From the NCBI GenBank assembly GCA_036404515.1, contig DASWZK010000071.1, positions 10,704 to 74,703 of the forward strand: a stretch of 64,000 bases of DNA, in the 5' to 3' direction. The notes beneath the pieces are model-generated. The model was not told where the DNA came from. It did not search any database and saw only the letters and a list, made by a program, of their open reading frames with translations. This DNA comes from Candidatus Limnocylindrales bacterium. GTDB lineage: Bacteria > Chloroflexota > Limnocylindria > Limnocylindrales > CSP1-4. Below are positions 57,649-64,000 of the stretch, one piece after another. The stretch's first letter is position 1. Each line of letters begins with the position of its first letter. A program made the translations under genes and the position numbers.

Positions 57649-57793
57649 TTGGATGCAACGCGTTATCCCGGGCGTGTCAGGATCCGATCGGGTGGCAGTG
57701 GCGGTGTGGCGCGGGCGGTCGAACCCTGTTACCATCCGCCAGGCATTTAGAGAGTAAGCAAGACCACAGTCACAGAGCTATTCGGAGGATCGT

Positions 57794-58063
57794 GTGCCGC
57801 TCGCGCGGGAGACGAAGGAACAGGTGATCTCGGAGTACGCCGTCAAAGATGGCGACACGGGCTCAGCGGAGGTGCAGATAGCACTCCTGACCGAGAGGAT
57901 CAAGGAGTTGACGGAGCACCTGCGAAGCTTCCCAAAGGATAACCAATCCCGCCGCGGCCTCCTCAAGCTCGTCGGAGAGCGACGCCGCCTTCTCAGGTAC
58001 CTGATCAAGAAGGACAACGCTCGCTATCGCGCCGTCATCGCACGGCTCGGACTGCGCCGCTAG
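57794..58063 (+). CDS. rpsO: 30S ribosomal protein S15
   Basis: [51 protein letters not shown]. Confidence 0.92.
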   Translation: MPLARETKEQVISEYAVKDGDTGSAEVQIALLTERIKELTEHLRSFPKDNQSRRGLLKLVGERRRLLRYLIKKDNARYRAVIARLGLRR

Positions 58064-58073
58064 CGCACCGGCC

Positions 58074-58101
58074 GCTTCGCGAGGCGGTGTCCTCGCGAAG
58101 C
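58074..58101 (+). promoter_or_regulatory. Long perfect hairpin in the rpsO-pnp intergenic region (candidate rpsO 3' stabiliser or RNase III processing site)
   Basis: GCTTCGCGAGG-cggtgt-CCTCGCGAAGC is an 11-bp perfect stem starting 11 nt after the rpsO stop. No U-tract follows. Confidence 0.45.
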
Positions 58102-58144
58102 CGCCCCGCGCCCGGCTCGTCCAGGCGAGAACAAGGGCACGCCC

Positions 58145-58166
58145 TTCCTCCTAGGCTCAGGAGGAA
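58145..58166 (+). promoter_or_regulatory. Shine-Dalgarno-sequestering hairpin of pnp
   Basis: TTCCTCCT-aggctc-AGGAGGAA is an 8-bp perfect stem. Its 3' arm is the only SD (AGGAGG 58159-64) upstream of the pnp GTG at 58176. Confidence 0.45.
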
Positions 58167-58175
58167 TACAAGCTC

Positions 58176-60764
58176 GTGTCTCAGACATTCGAGACGCAAT
58201 TCGCCGGTCGCACCCTGACCATCGAGACCGGCAAGCTGGCTCTGCTCGCAGGCGGGGCCGTCACTGTTCGCTTCGGCGACACCATGGTCCTTGGGACGGC
58301 CAACCGGTCCGACCCACGGCCCGGACTCGACTTCTTCCCTCTGACCGTCGAGTTCGAAGAGCGCATGTACGCCGCCGGCAAGATTCCCGGCGGCTTTATC
58401 AAGCGAGAGTCGCGCCCGTCCGAGCAGGCGATTCTGGCTTGCCGGCTGACCGACCGGCCCATCCGGCCGCTCTTCCCCGAGGGTTACAAGGACGACGTCC
58501 AGATCGTGATCACGGTCCTCTCCACGGATCAGGAGAACCAGCCCGACATCCTCGGCACGTTCGCTGCCTCATGTGCGCTGACGATCAGCGAGATCCCATT
58601 CCTCGGGCCCATCGGCGCCGTCCGCATCGGTCGCATTGACAGCGAGTTCGTCGTCAACCCCACGGTCGCCGACCTCGAGCGATCGGACATCGATCTCGTC
58701 GTCTCGGGCACCCGCGACGCCATCATGATGGTCGAGGCCGGGGCCTCGATCGTGCCGGAGGAAGTGATGGCGGAGGCCATTCTCTTTGGCCACCGTTCCA
58801 TCCAGCCGCTTATCGACATCCAGGAACAGATGCGTGCTGCCGTCGGCAAGCCCAAGTCCGTCGGCTACCTGGAGCCCGGCACGGGCTCCGTCCTCGAGTT
58901 CGTCAAGCAGGCCAGCCAACCCGGCTTCGAGGTGGTCGTTCTCGACGTCGAGACGACCGGCCGCGACCCCAAGGTCGCCGATTTGATCGAGATCGGCGCG
59001 GTTCGCGTCCGGGACGGCCAGATCGTTGATCGCTTTTCGACATTCGTCAGTCCCGGCCGCGAGATCTTCGGTGCCCAGATGCACGGCATCACCACTGCGG
59101 ATGTGGCCGGCGCCCCGGTCGCCCGTGAGGCTGCTGAGAAACTGCTCGCCTTCGTCGGTGGCTCCCCAGTCATCGGCCACAACGTCGGCTTCGACCTCGG
59201 CTTCCTCGATGCCGCCCTCGGCGAGACCGGGAAGTTCATCACGGGCGGGTATTTCGACACCCTGGTGATTGCTCGCGAGGCCTACCCGGACCTCGAGTCG
59301 TACAAGCTAAGCGACATCGCTCGCTTCTTCGGCATTGAAGTGGCGACCGCCCATCGTGGTCTGGCCGACGCCGAAACCACTGCGGCCATCGTCGCTCGCT
59401 TCGCCGACGATCTCTCGGCCCGAATCGCGAACCTGCAGGACGCGATCACCATCTCGATCCGTGCCAACCGCACCGAGGGCGAAGATCCGGCCGGCCTGCT
59501 CGACGCGGCCCGCCGCCAGGCCCGCGTCAGCAAGAGCCTCTTCCAGCTGGTTCAGAAGAAGACCGTCCGCAACGTGGTCCTCGACGAGGGGATCCGAATC
59601 GACGGCCGGGGCGTTGACGAGCTCCGACCGATCTCCGTGGAGGTCGGCGTTCTGCCGCGCGCCCACGGGTCGGGCCTCTTCACCCGCGGCCAGACCCAGG
59701 CTCTGACGGTAGCCACGCTCGGCCCGGCCTCCGACGTCCAGCGCATCGACACGATCAGCCCGGAGACCGAGAAGCGATACCTCCACCACTACAACATGCC
59801 GCCATACAGCACCGGTGAGAATAAGCCGATGCGCGGTCCAGGCCGGCGTGAAATCGGCCACGGCCACCTGGCTGAGCGGGCGTTGCTGCCGGTCCTGCCG
59901 TCCGAGGATGAGTTCCCGTATGTCATCCGCCTCGTCAGCGAGTGCGTGACGTCCAACGGATCTACTTCGATGGCCTCGACCTGCGGCTCGAGCCTGGCCC
60001 TCATGGACGCCGGTGTGCCGATCAAGGCCGCCGTCGGCGGTGCCGCGATGGGCCTCATCAGCGAGCCCGATGGCCGCTTCGTGGTCCTGACCGACATCCT
60101 CGGCAAGGAAGACGCTTTCGGCGACATGGACTTCAAGGTGACCGGCACCCGAGAGGGCGTCACGGCGCTGCAGATGGACATCAAGGTCAAGGGCATCAGT
60201 GAGGCGATCATTCGCCAGGGCCTCCAGAAGGCCCACGCCGCTCGGATGGCCATTCTGGACAAGATGGACGCGGTCATCTCTTCAAGCCGCACCGAGATGA
60301 GCAGCTTCGCGCCGCGCATCATCACCATCAAGATCAACCCCGAGAAGATCCGCGACATCATCGGCAAGGGCGGCTCGGTGATCCGCAAGATCCAGGAGGA
60401 GACCGGCACCGAGATCAACGTCGAGGATGACGGCACCGTCCAGATCGCCGCAGTGTCGGGCGATAGCTCGCGCAAGGCGGTCCAATGGATCGAGTCGCTC
60501 ACCCGCGAGGTCGAGGTCGGCGGGCTCTATCTGGGCAAGGTCACTCGGATCATGGGCTTCGGCTGCTTCGTCGAGATCCTGCCCGGCAAGGAAGGTCTGA
60601 TTCGTATAGGCGAGCTGGCCGATTACCACGTGCCGACGGTTGAGGACGTGGTTTCGGTGGGAGATGAAGTGATGGTCGTGGTCGTCGAGATCGATCGGCA
60701 GGGCCGGATCAACCTCTCGCGCAAGGCGGCCATGCAGCGCCACCTCGCTCGCACCGAGGCCTAG
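58176..60764 (+). CDS. pnp: Polyribonucleotide nucleotidyltransferase (PNPase) carrying an inserted DEDDh exonuclease domain
   Basis: RNase PH core 1 (FFPLTVEFEERMYAAGKIPGGFIKRE), core 2 (RIDGRGVDELRPI, HHYNMPPYSTGE, GSSLALMDAGVP), KH (IGKGGSVIRKIQEETG) and S1 (GKVTRIMGFGCFVEI). At 862 aa it is about 150 aa longer than usual. Confidence 0.92.
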   Translation: MSQTFETQFAGRTLTIETGKLALLAGGAVTVRFGDTMVLGTANRSDPRPGLDFFPLTVEFEERMYAAGKIPGGFIKRESRPSEQAILACRLTDRPIRPLFPEGYKDDVQIVITVLSTDQENQPDILGTFAASCALTISEIPFLGPIGAVRIGRIDSEFVVNPTVADLERSDIDLVVSGTRDAIMMVEAGASIVPEEVMAEAILFGHRSIQPLIDIQEQMRAAVGKPKSVGYLEPGTGSVLEFVKQASQPGFEVVVLDVETTGRDPKVADLIEIGAVRVRDGQIVDRFSTFVSPGREIFGAQMHGITTADVAGAPVAREAAEKLLAFVGGSPVIGHNVGFDLGFLDAALGETGKFITGGYFDTLVIAREAYPDLESYKLSDIARFFGIEVATAHRGLADAETTAAIVARFADDLSARIANLQDAITISIRANRTEGEDPAGLLDAARRQARVSKSLFQLVQKKTVRNVVLDEGIRIDGRGVDELRPISVEVGVLPRAHGSGLFTRGQTQALTVATLGPASDVQRIDTISPETEKRYLHHYNMPPYSTGENKPMRGPGRREIGHGHLAERALLPVLPSEDEFPYVIRLVSECVTSNGSTSMASTCGSSLALMDAGVPIKAAVGGAAMGLISEPDGRFVVLTDILGKEDAFGDMDFKVTGTREGVTALQMDIKVKGISEAIIRQGLQKAHAARMAILDKMDAVISSSRTEMSSFAPRIITIKINPEKIRDIIGKGGSVIRKIQEETGTEINVEDDGTVQIAAVSGDSSRKAVQWIESLTREVEVGGLYLGKVTRIMGFGCFVEILPGKEGLIRIGELADYHVPTVEDVVSVGDEVMVVVVEIDRQGRINLSRKAAMQRHLARTEA
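58917..59420 (+). other. DEDDh 3'-5' exonuclease (DnaQ/RNase T-like) domain inserted in the PNPase inter-core helical region
   Basis: aa ~248-415 of Pnp carry Exo I FEVVVLDVETTG, Exo II PVIGHNVGFDLGFL, and Exo III AHRGLADAETT (H-x4-D). Order and spacing match the DnaQ superfamily. Confidence 0.8.
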
Positions 60765-60877
60765 CTTCGCAAGGGACGAGGGCGGCCGGTCGAACGGTCG
60801 TCCATCGTCCGCGCATGCATAGGGTGGGTGCATAACAGACCGCGTATGCACCTTGCCGGGGAGCAGCGGCCGGTCGC

Positions 60878-60886
60878 TGGTATACT
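60878..60886 (+). promoter_or_regulatory. Candidate extended -10 promoter element upstream of asd
   Basis: TGGTATACT (TGn + TATACT) in the pnp-asd gap. GTG 60893 lies 7 nt downstream. Confidence 0.35.
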
Positions 60887-60892
60887 CGGTCG

Positions 60893-61999
60893 GTGCCCGA
60901 GGTCTCAAGAAGTTTGAGCGGAGCCATGCCCCGAGAACCTTTCCAGCTTACCGTCGCGGTCGTCGGCGCCACCGGTGTCGTCGGTCGAACGATGGTCCAG
61001 GTGCTTGCCGAACGGAGCTTTCCGGTCGGAGAGCTTCGCTTGCTGGCCTCCGGTCGCTCCGCCGGCTCTACCGTCAGTGCCGGTGGGCGGACGCTGACCG
61101 TAGGGGAGGCGATTCCGGACGCCTTCGCTGGCGTCGACATCGCCCTCTTCTCGGCAGGCACCGAGGTGTCGCGCCAGCTCGCTCCCGAAGCGGCTGCCCG
61201 TGGCGCTACGGTCATAGACAACTCAAGCGCCTGGCGGATGGAGGCGGGCGTACCGCTCATAGTCAGCCAGGTGAACCCCGGCGACGCTGAGTGGCACGAG
61301 GGCATCATCGCCAATCCGAATTGCTCGACCATGCAGCTCATGCCTGTTTTGATGGCCATCCGCGACACGGTTGGGATAGAACGTGTCGTCGTGGATACAT
61401 ACCAGTCGGTTTCTGGAACCGGCGCGGCGGCGCTGGCCGAGCTCGAGACGCAGATTCGGGCTCACGTCGCCGGCGAGTCGAAGGTGGCGAGCGTCTACCC
61501 GCACCCGATCGCCTTCAACGTTCTACCCGAAATCGACGTCTTTCTTGACAACGGCTACACGCGCGAGGAGTGGAAGGTCGTCACCGAGACCCGCAAGATC
61601 CTGCACCTGCCAGGACTGCGAATCTCGTGCACGGCCGTCCGCGTCCCCGTCTTTGTGAGCCACTCGGAAGCTGTCCACGTCGAGACCGCAAAGCCTATTA
61701 CGCCCGACCAGGCCAGACGCGCATTCGCAGCCGTGCCAGGTGTCGTCGTCATGGACGATCCGGCCGCCCACGTCTATCCGATAGCGACTCAGGCGGCCGG
61801 CAAGGATGAGGTGTACGTTGGCCGGGTCAGGCAAGACCCCTCGGTGGAGCACGGGCTGGCTTTCTGGGTCGTCAGCGATAACCTTCGCAAAGGCGCTGCC
61901 ACGAACGCCATCGAGATCGCCGAAGTACTCCTTGAGCGCGGCTGGGTGAAGGCTCGGTCCCGCCGCGAATTGCCGCGCGAGGCCGGGGACGTATCGTGA
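60893..61999 (+). CDS. asd: Aspartate-semialdehyde dehydrogenase
   Basis: VAVVGATGVVG, NPNCSTMQLM, SGTG, VRVPVFVSHSEAV motifs. The start is either GTG 60893 (7 nt after a TATACT box, possibly leaderless) or ATG 60926. Confidence 0.9.
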   Translation: MPEVSRSLSGAMPREPFQLTVAVVGATGVVGRTMVQVLAERSFPVGELRLLASGRSAGSTVSAGGRTLTVGEAIPDAFAGVDIALFSAGTEVSRQLAPEAAARGATVIDNSSAWRMEAGVPLIVSQVNPGDAEWHEGIIANPNCSTMQLMPVLMAIRDTVGIERVVVDTYQSVSGTGAAALAELETQIRAHVAGESKVASVYPHPIAFNVLPEIDVFLDNGYTREEWKVVTETRKILHLPGLRISCTAVRVPVFVSHSEAVHVETAKPITPDQARRAFAAVPGVVVMDDPAAHVYPIATQAAGKDEVYVGRVRQDPSVEHGLAFWVVSDNLRKGAATNAIEIAEVLLERGWVKARSRRELPREAGDVS

Positions 62000-62772
62000 T
62001 CGAACCCGAGCGCCTGGCGGCGCTCGATGCAATCGGGGCGGAAGTGGCAGCCTGTACCCGTTGCCCCCTGCATCGAACCAGAACCAGGGCCGTTCCAGGA
62101 GAAGGAACCGCAGCGACGGAGGTCATGTTCGTGGGTGAAGGCCCGGGTTTCAACGAGGATCGTCAGGGCAGGCCCTTCGTAGGTCAGGCCGGCGCGCTCC
62201 TCGACGAGCTGCTCAGATCGGTCGGCTGGTCCCGAGAGGAGGTCTTCATCACCAACGTCGTCAAGTGCCGCCCGCCTGAGAACCGCGACCCTGAGCCTGT
62301 GGAGATCGCCGCATGCGCGCCGTTCCTGACCCGGCAGCTCGCGGCTCTGGACCCCGCCTTGGTGGTCACCCTCGGCCGTTTCTCGATGGCGCGATTCAAT
62401 CCGGGGGCGCGGATCGGCCAGGTCCACGGCACCTTCTGCGAGGCGGATCCCCGGTCCGGCGCTCCGGACGCTCTGACCTATGCTATGTACCACCCGGCCG
62501 CGGCCCTGCACCAGGGATCGCTGAAGGCCACACTCTTGCGCGACATGAAGGGCGTGCCGGCCGCGCTCCTGGAAGCTCGCAGGCGGCGCGGCGCCGGTAT
62601 TGAGGGCGGCACGCCCTTTTCGGATCTCGACGAGCCGGAGCGGGGGCCGCGCGCCGAGCGTGCGGAGCCGGGCGAGCGACCTGAGCCTCAGGGCGATGCC
62701 TTCACGGGCTCTGTCCGTTCGGTTGGGCTGGCTGCAGAATCCAACCCCACGGACCAGCTCACCCTCTTCTAG
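61996..62772 (+). CDS. Family-4-type uracil-DNA glycosylase (Fe-S) with a C-terminal extension
   Basis: CTRCPLHRTRTRAVPGEG, FVGEGPGFNEDRQGRPFVGQAG and VVKCRPPENR motifs. GTGA overlap with asd. Confidence 0.8.
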   Translation: MIEPERLAALDAIGAEVAACTRCPLHRTRTRAVPGEGTAATEVMFVGEGPGFNEDRQGRPFVGQAGALLDELLRSVGWSREEVFITNVVKCRPPENRDPEPVEIAACAPFLTRQLAALDPALVVTLGRFSMARFNPGARIGQVHGTFCEADPRSGAPDALTYAMYHPAAALHQGSLKATLLRDMKGVPAALLEARRRRGAGIEGGTPFSDLDEPERGPRAERAEPGERPEPQGDAFTGSVRSVGLAAESNPTDQLTLF

Positions 62773-62810
62773 GATGCACACAACTGGACTGTCACTTCAC
62801 ACGAGCATCG

Positions 62811-64000
62811 ATGCCTGACAATCAGACCCCGCTCCGCATCATCCCCCTCGGAGGCGTGGGGGAGATCGGCAAGAACATGTACGTCTTCGAGTACGGCGAC
62901 GACATCGTCGTTGTCGATTGCGGGCTCATGTTCCCCGACGAAGAGATGTTCGGGATCGACCTCGTCATCCCCGACGTCACATACCTCCGGGAGAACCGAG
63001 ACAAGGTTCGCGCCTTCCTGATAACCCACGCCCACGAAGATCACGTTGGCGGTCTGGCGTACGTTCTGCCGTACCTTCCGGGCGTGCCGGTGTATGCCTC
63101 TACGCTGGCGCGCGGTCTGCTCGGCATCAAGATCAAGGAGCACAAGCTCCACGACAACCCGCTCCTGCCTCTCGATCCGGGTGACAAGCTTCAAATCGGG
63201 CCGTTCCGCATCGAGCCGTTCCGGGTAAGCCACTCGATCCCGGACGCAATGGGGCTCGCCCTCCACACGCCGGTCGGGACCGTTGTGACCACCGGAGACT
63301 TCAAGTTCGACCACACGCCGGTTGACGGTCGCCGATCGGACTTCGCCGTCCTGTCGCGACTTGGCGAGGACGGGGTGATCTGCCTCCTCTCCGACTCAAC
63401 TCGTGCCGAGAACCCCGGCTACACGCTCTCGGAGCGGACGGTGGGCGAGACGTTCCGCGAGATCATGGAGCCGCTCGAAGGTCGGGTCATCGTGGCCACG
63501 TTCGCCAGCAACATCGCCCGAATCCAGCAGGTGATGGATGCGGCGGCCACGTTCGATCGCCGGGTTGCGGTCGTCGGTCGGTCCATGGAACAGAACTTCC
63601 GCATTGCCACCGACCTGGGGTATCTGACCTATGCCCCCGGCCAGGTCCTGCCAAAGGATCAGATCGGATCGGTGCCAGCCAATCGGCTTGTGATCGCCAC
63701 GACCGGCGCCCAGGGCGAGCCCATGGCCGGACTGGCCCGCATGGCAAATCGCGATCATCGCTTCGTCGAGATCCAGGTCGGCGACACCGTCATCGTCAGC
63801 GCCAGCCCGATCCCCGGCAACGAGGAGTACGTGGCGCGCACGATCGACAACCTGTTCAAGGCCGGGGCCAACGTCTATTACCACACCGTCAAACACGCTC
63901 ACGTTTCGGGCCACGCCAGCCAGGAAGAGCTCAAGCTGATGCTCGGCCTGACCCGGCCGAAGTACTTCATTCCAATCCACGGCGAGTTCCGAATGCTCGT
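62811..64000 (+). CDS. rnj: Ribonuclease J (beta-CASP metallo-beta-lactamase), 3'-truncated by the window edge
   Basis: From ATG 62811: LRIIPLGGVGEIGKNMYVFEYGDDIVVVDCG, ITHAHEDHVGG, SDSTRAENPG, and HVSGHASQEELKLM. The frame is open to the window end. It is not in the ORF track because no stop is reached. Confidence 0.85.
   Translation, partial: MPDNQTPLRIIPLGGVGEIGKNMYVFEYGDDIVVVDCGLMFPDEEMFGIDLVIPDVTYLRENRDKVRAFLITHAHEDHVGGLAYVLPYLPGVPVYASTLARGLLGIKIKEHKLHDNPLLPLDPGDKLQIGPFRIEPFRVSHSIPDAMGLALHTPVGTVVTTGDFKFDHTPVDGRRSDFAVLSRLGEDGVICLLSDSTRAENPGYTLSERTVGETFREIMEPLEGRVIVATFASNIARIQQVMDAAATFDRRVAVVGRSMEQNFRIATDLGYLTYAPGQVLPKDQIGSVPANRLVIATTGAQGEPMAGLARMANRDHRFVEIQVGDTVIVSASPIPGNEEYVARTIDNLFKAGANVYYHTVKHAHVSGHASQEELKLMLGLTRPKYFIPIHGEFRML

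Noticed and set aside
60772-60852. Hairpins downstream of pnp (GGACGA...TCGTCC at 60772-60801; GGTGCAT-12 nt-ATGCACC at 60827-60852), considered as the pnp terminator.
   Set aside because: Neither is followed by a T-tract, so intrinsic termination cannot be supported from the sequence. They may still act as 3' stabilisers, but that is untestable here.
1-64000. Window-wide look for rRNA, tRNA cloverleaf candidates in gaps, CRISPR repeat-spacer periodicity, IS/transposase/integrase genes, terminal inverted repeats, prophage or defence-system genes, and toxin-antitoxin pairs.
   Set aside because: None found. All gaps longer than 100 bp were read individually, and every long + strand ORF has a housekeeping assignment or is listed as hypothetical. 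A tool-based scan (tRNAscan-SE, Infernal, CRISPR finders) is still advisable.

Overview
GC-rich bacterial chromosomal core region. The gene order is Terrabacteria/Bacillus-like, but the phylum cannot be fixed from the sequence alone. I can support about 59 protein genes. All but one (rpmB) lie on the + strand, tightly packed, with many ATGA/GTGA start-stop overlaps. The content is almost entirely housekeeping. In order: ilvE, a GT2-like membrane glycosyltransferase, ileS-lspA-rluD-gmk-priA-def-fmt-rlmN-rpe, a PAP2 membrane protein, dtd, rpmB(-), Asp23/DAK2(yloU/yloV-like)-recG-rsmD-coaD, a coiled-coil protein, DUF177-rpmF-plsX, a second Asp23 paralog, nusB/acpP-rnc-smc-ftsY-ffh, a large membrane-anchored hypothetical, rpsP-KH-rimM-trmD-rplS-rnhB-yraN, rpsB-tsf-pyrH-frr-uppS-cdsA-dxr-rseP-ispG-proS, nusA-ylxR-infB-rbfA-nrnA-truB/ribF-rpsO-pnp, asd, a family-4 UDG, and the 5' part of RNase J. 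I saw no rRNA, tRNA, CRISPR array, transposase/integrase or recognisable defence or toxin genes. All family assignments come from motifs read by eye in the supplied translations; no searches were run. The items most worth a second look are: (1) pnp encodes an 862-aa PNPase with a complete DEDDh (DnaQ/RNase T-like) exonuclease domain inserted between the two RNase PH cores. (2) truB and ribF form one 623-aa ORF, and its riboflavin-kinase module looks degenerate. (3) nusB runs without a stop codon into acpP, which also has its own internal SD+GTG. (4) The nusA leader (promoter plus the only canonical intrinsic terminator in the window, no rimP) and the pnp leader (long hairpin plus SD-sequestering hairpin) look regulatory. 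(5) Start-codon oddities: lspA probably starts at CTG, ylxR has no canonical start upstream of its conserved Cys motif, and def, rlmN and asd may be leaderless. (6) Two unusually long non-coding gaps (ftsY-ffh, trmD-rplS) sit in an otherwise compact region. The many long antisense and off-frame ORFs in the track are treated as GC-driven shadow ORFs.
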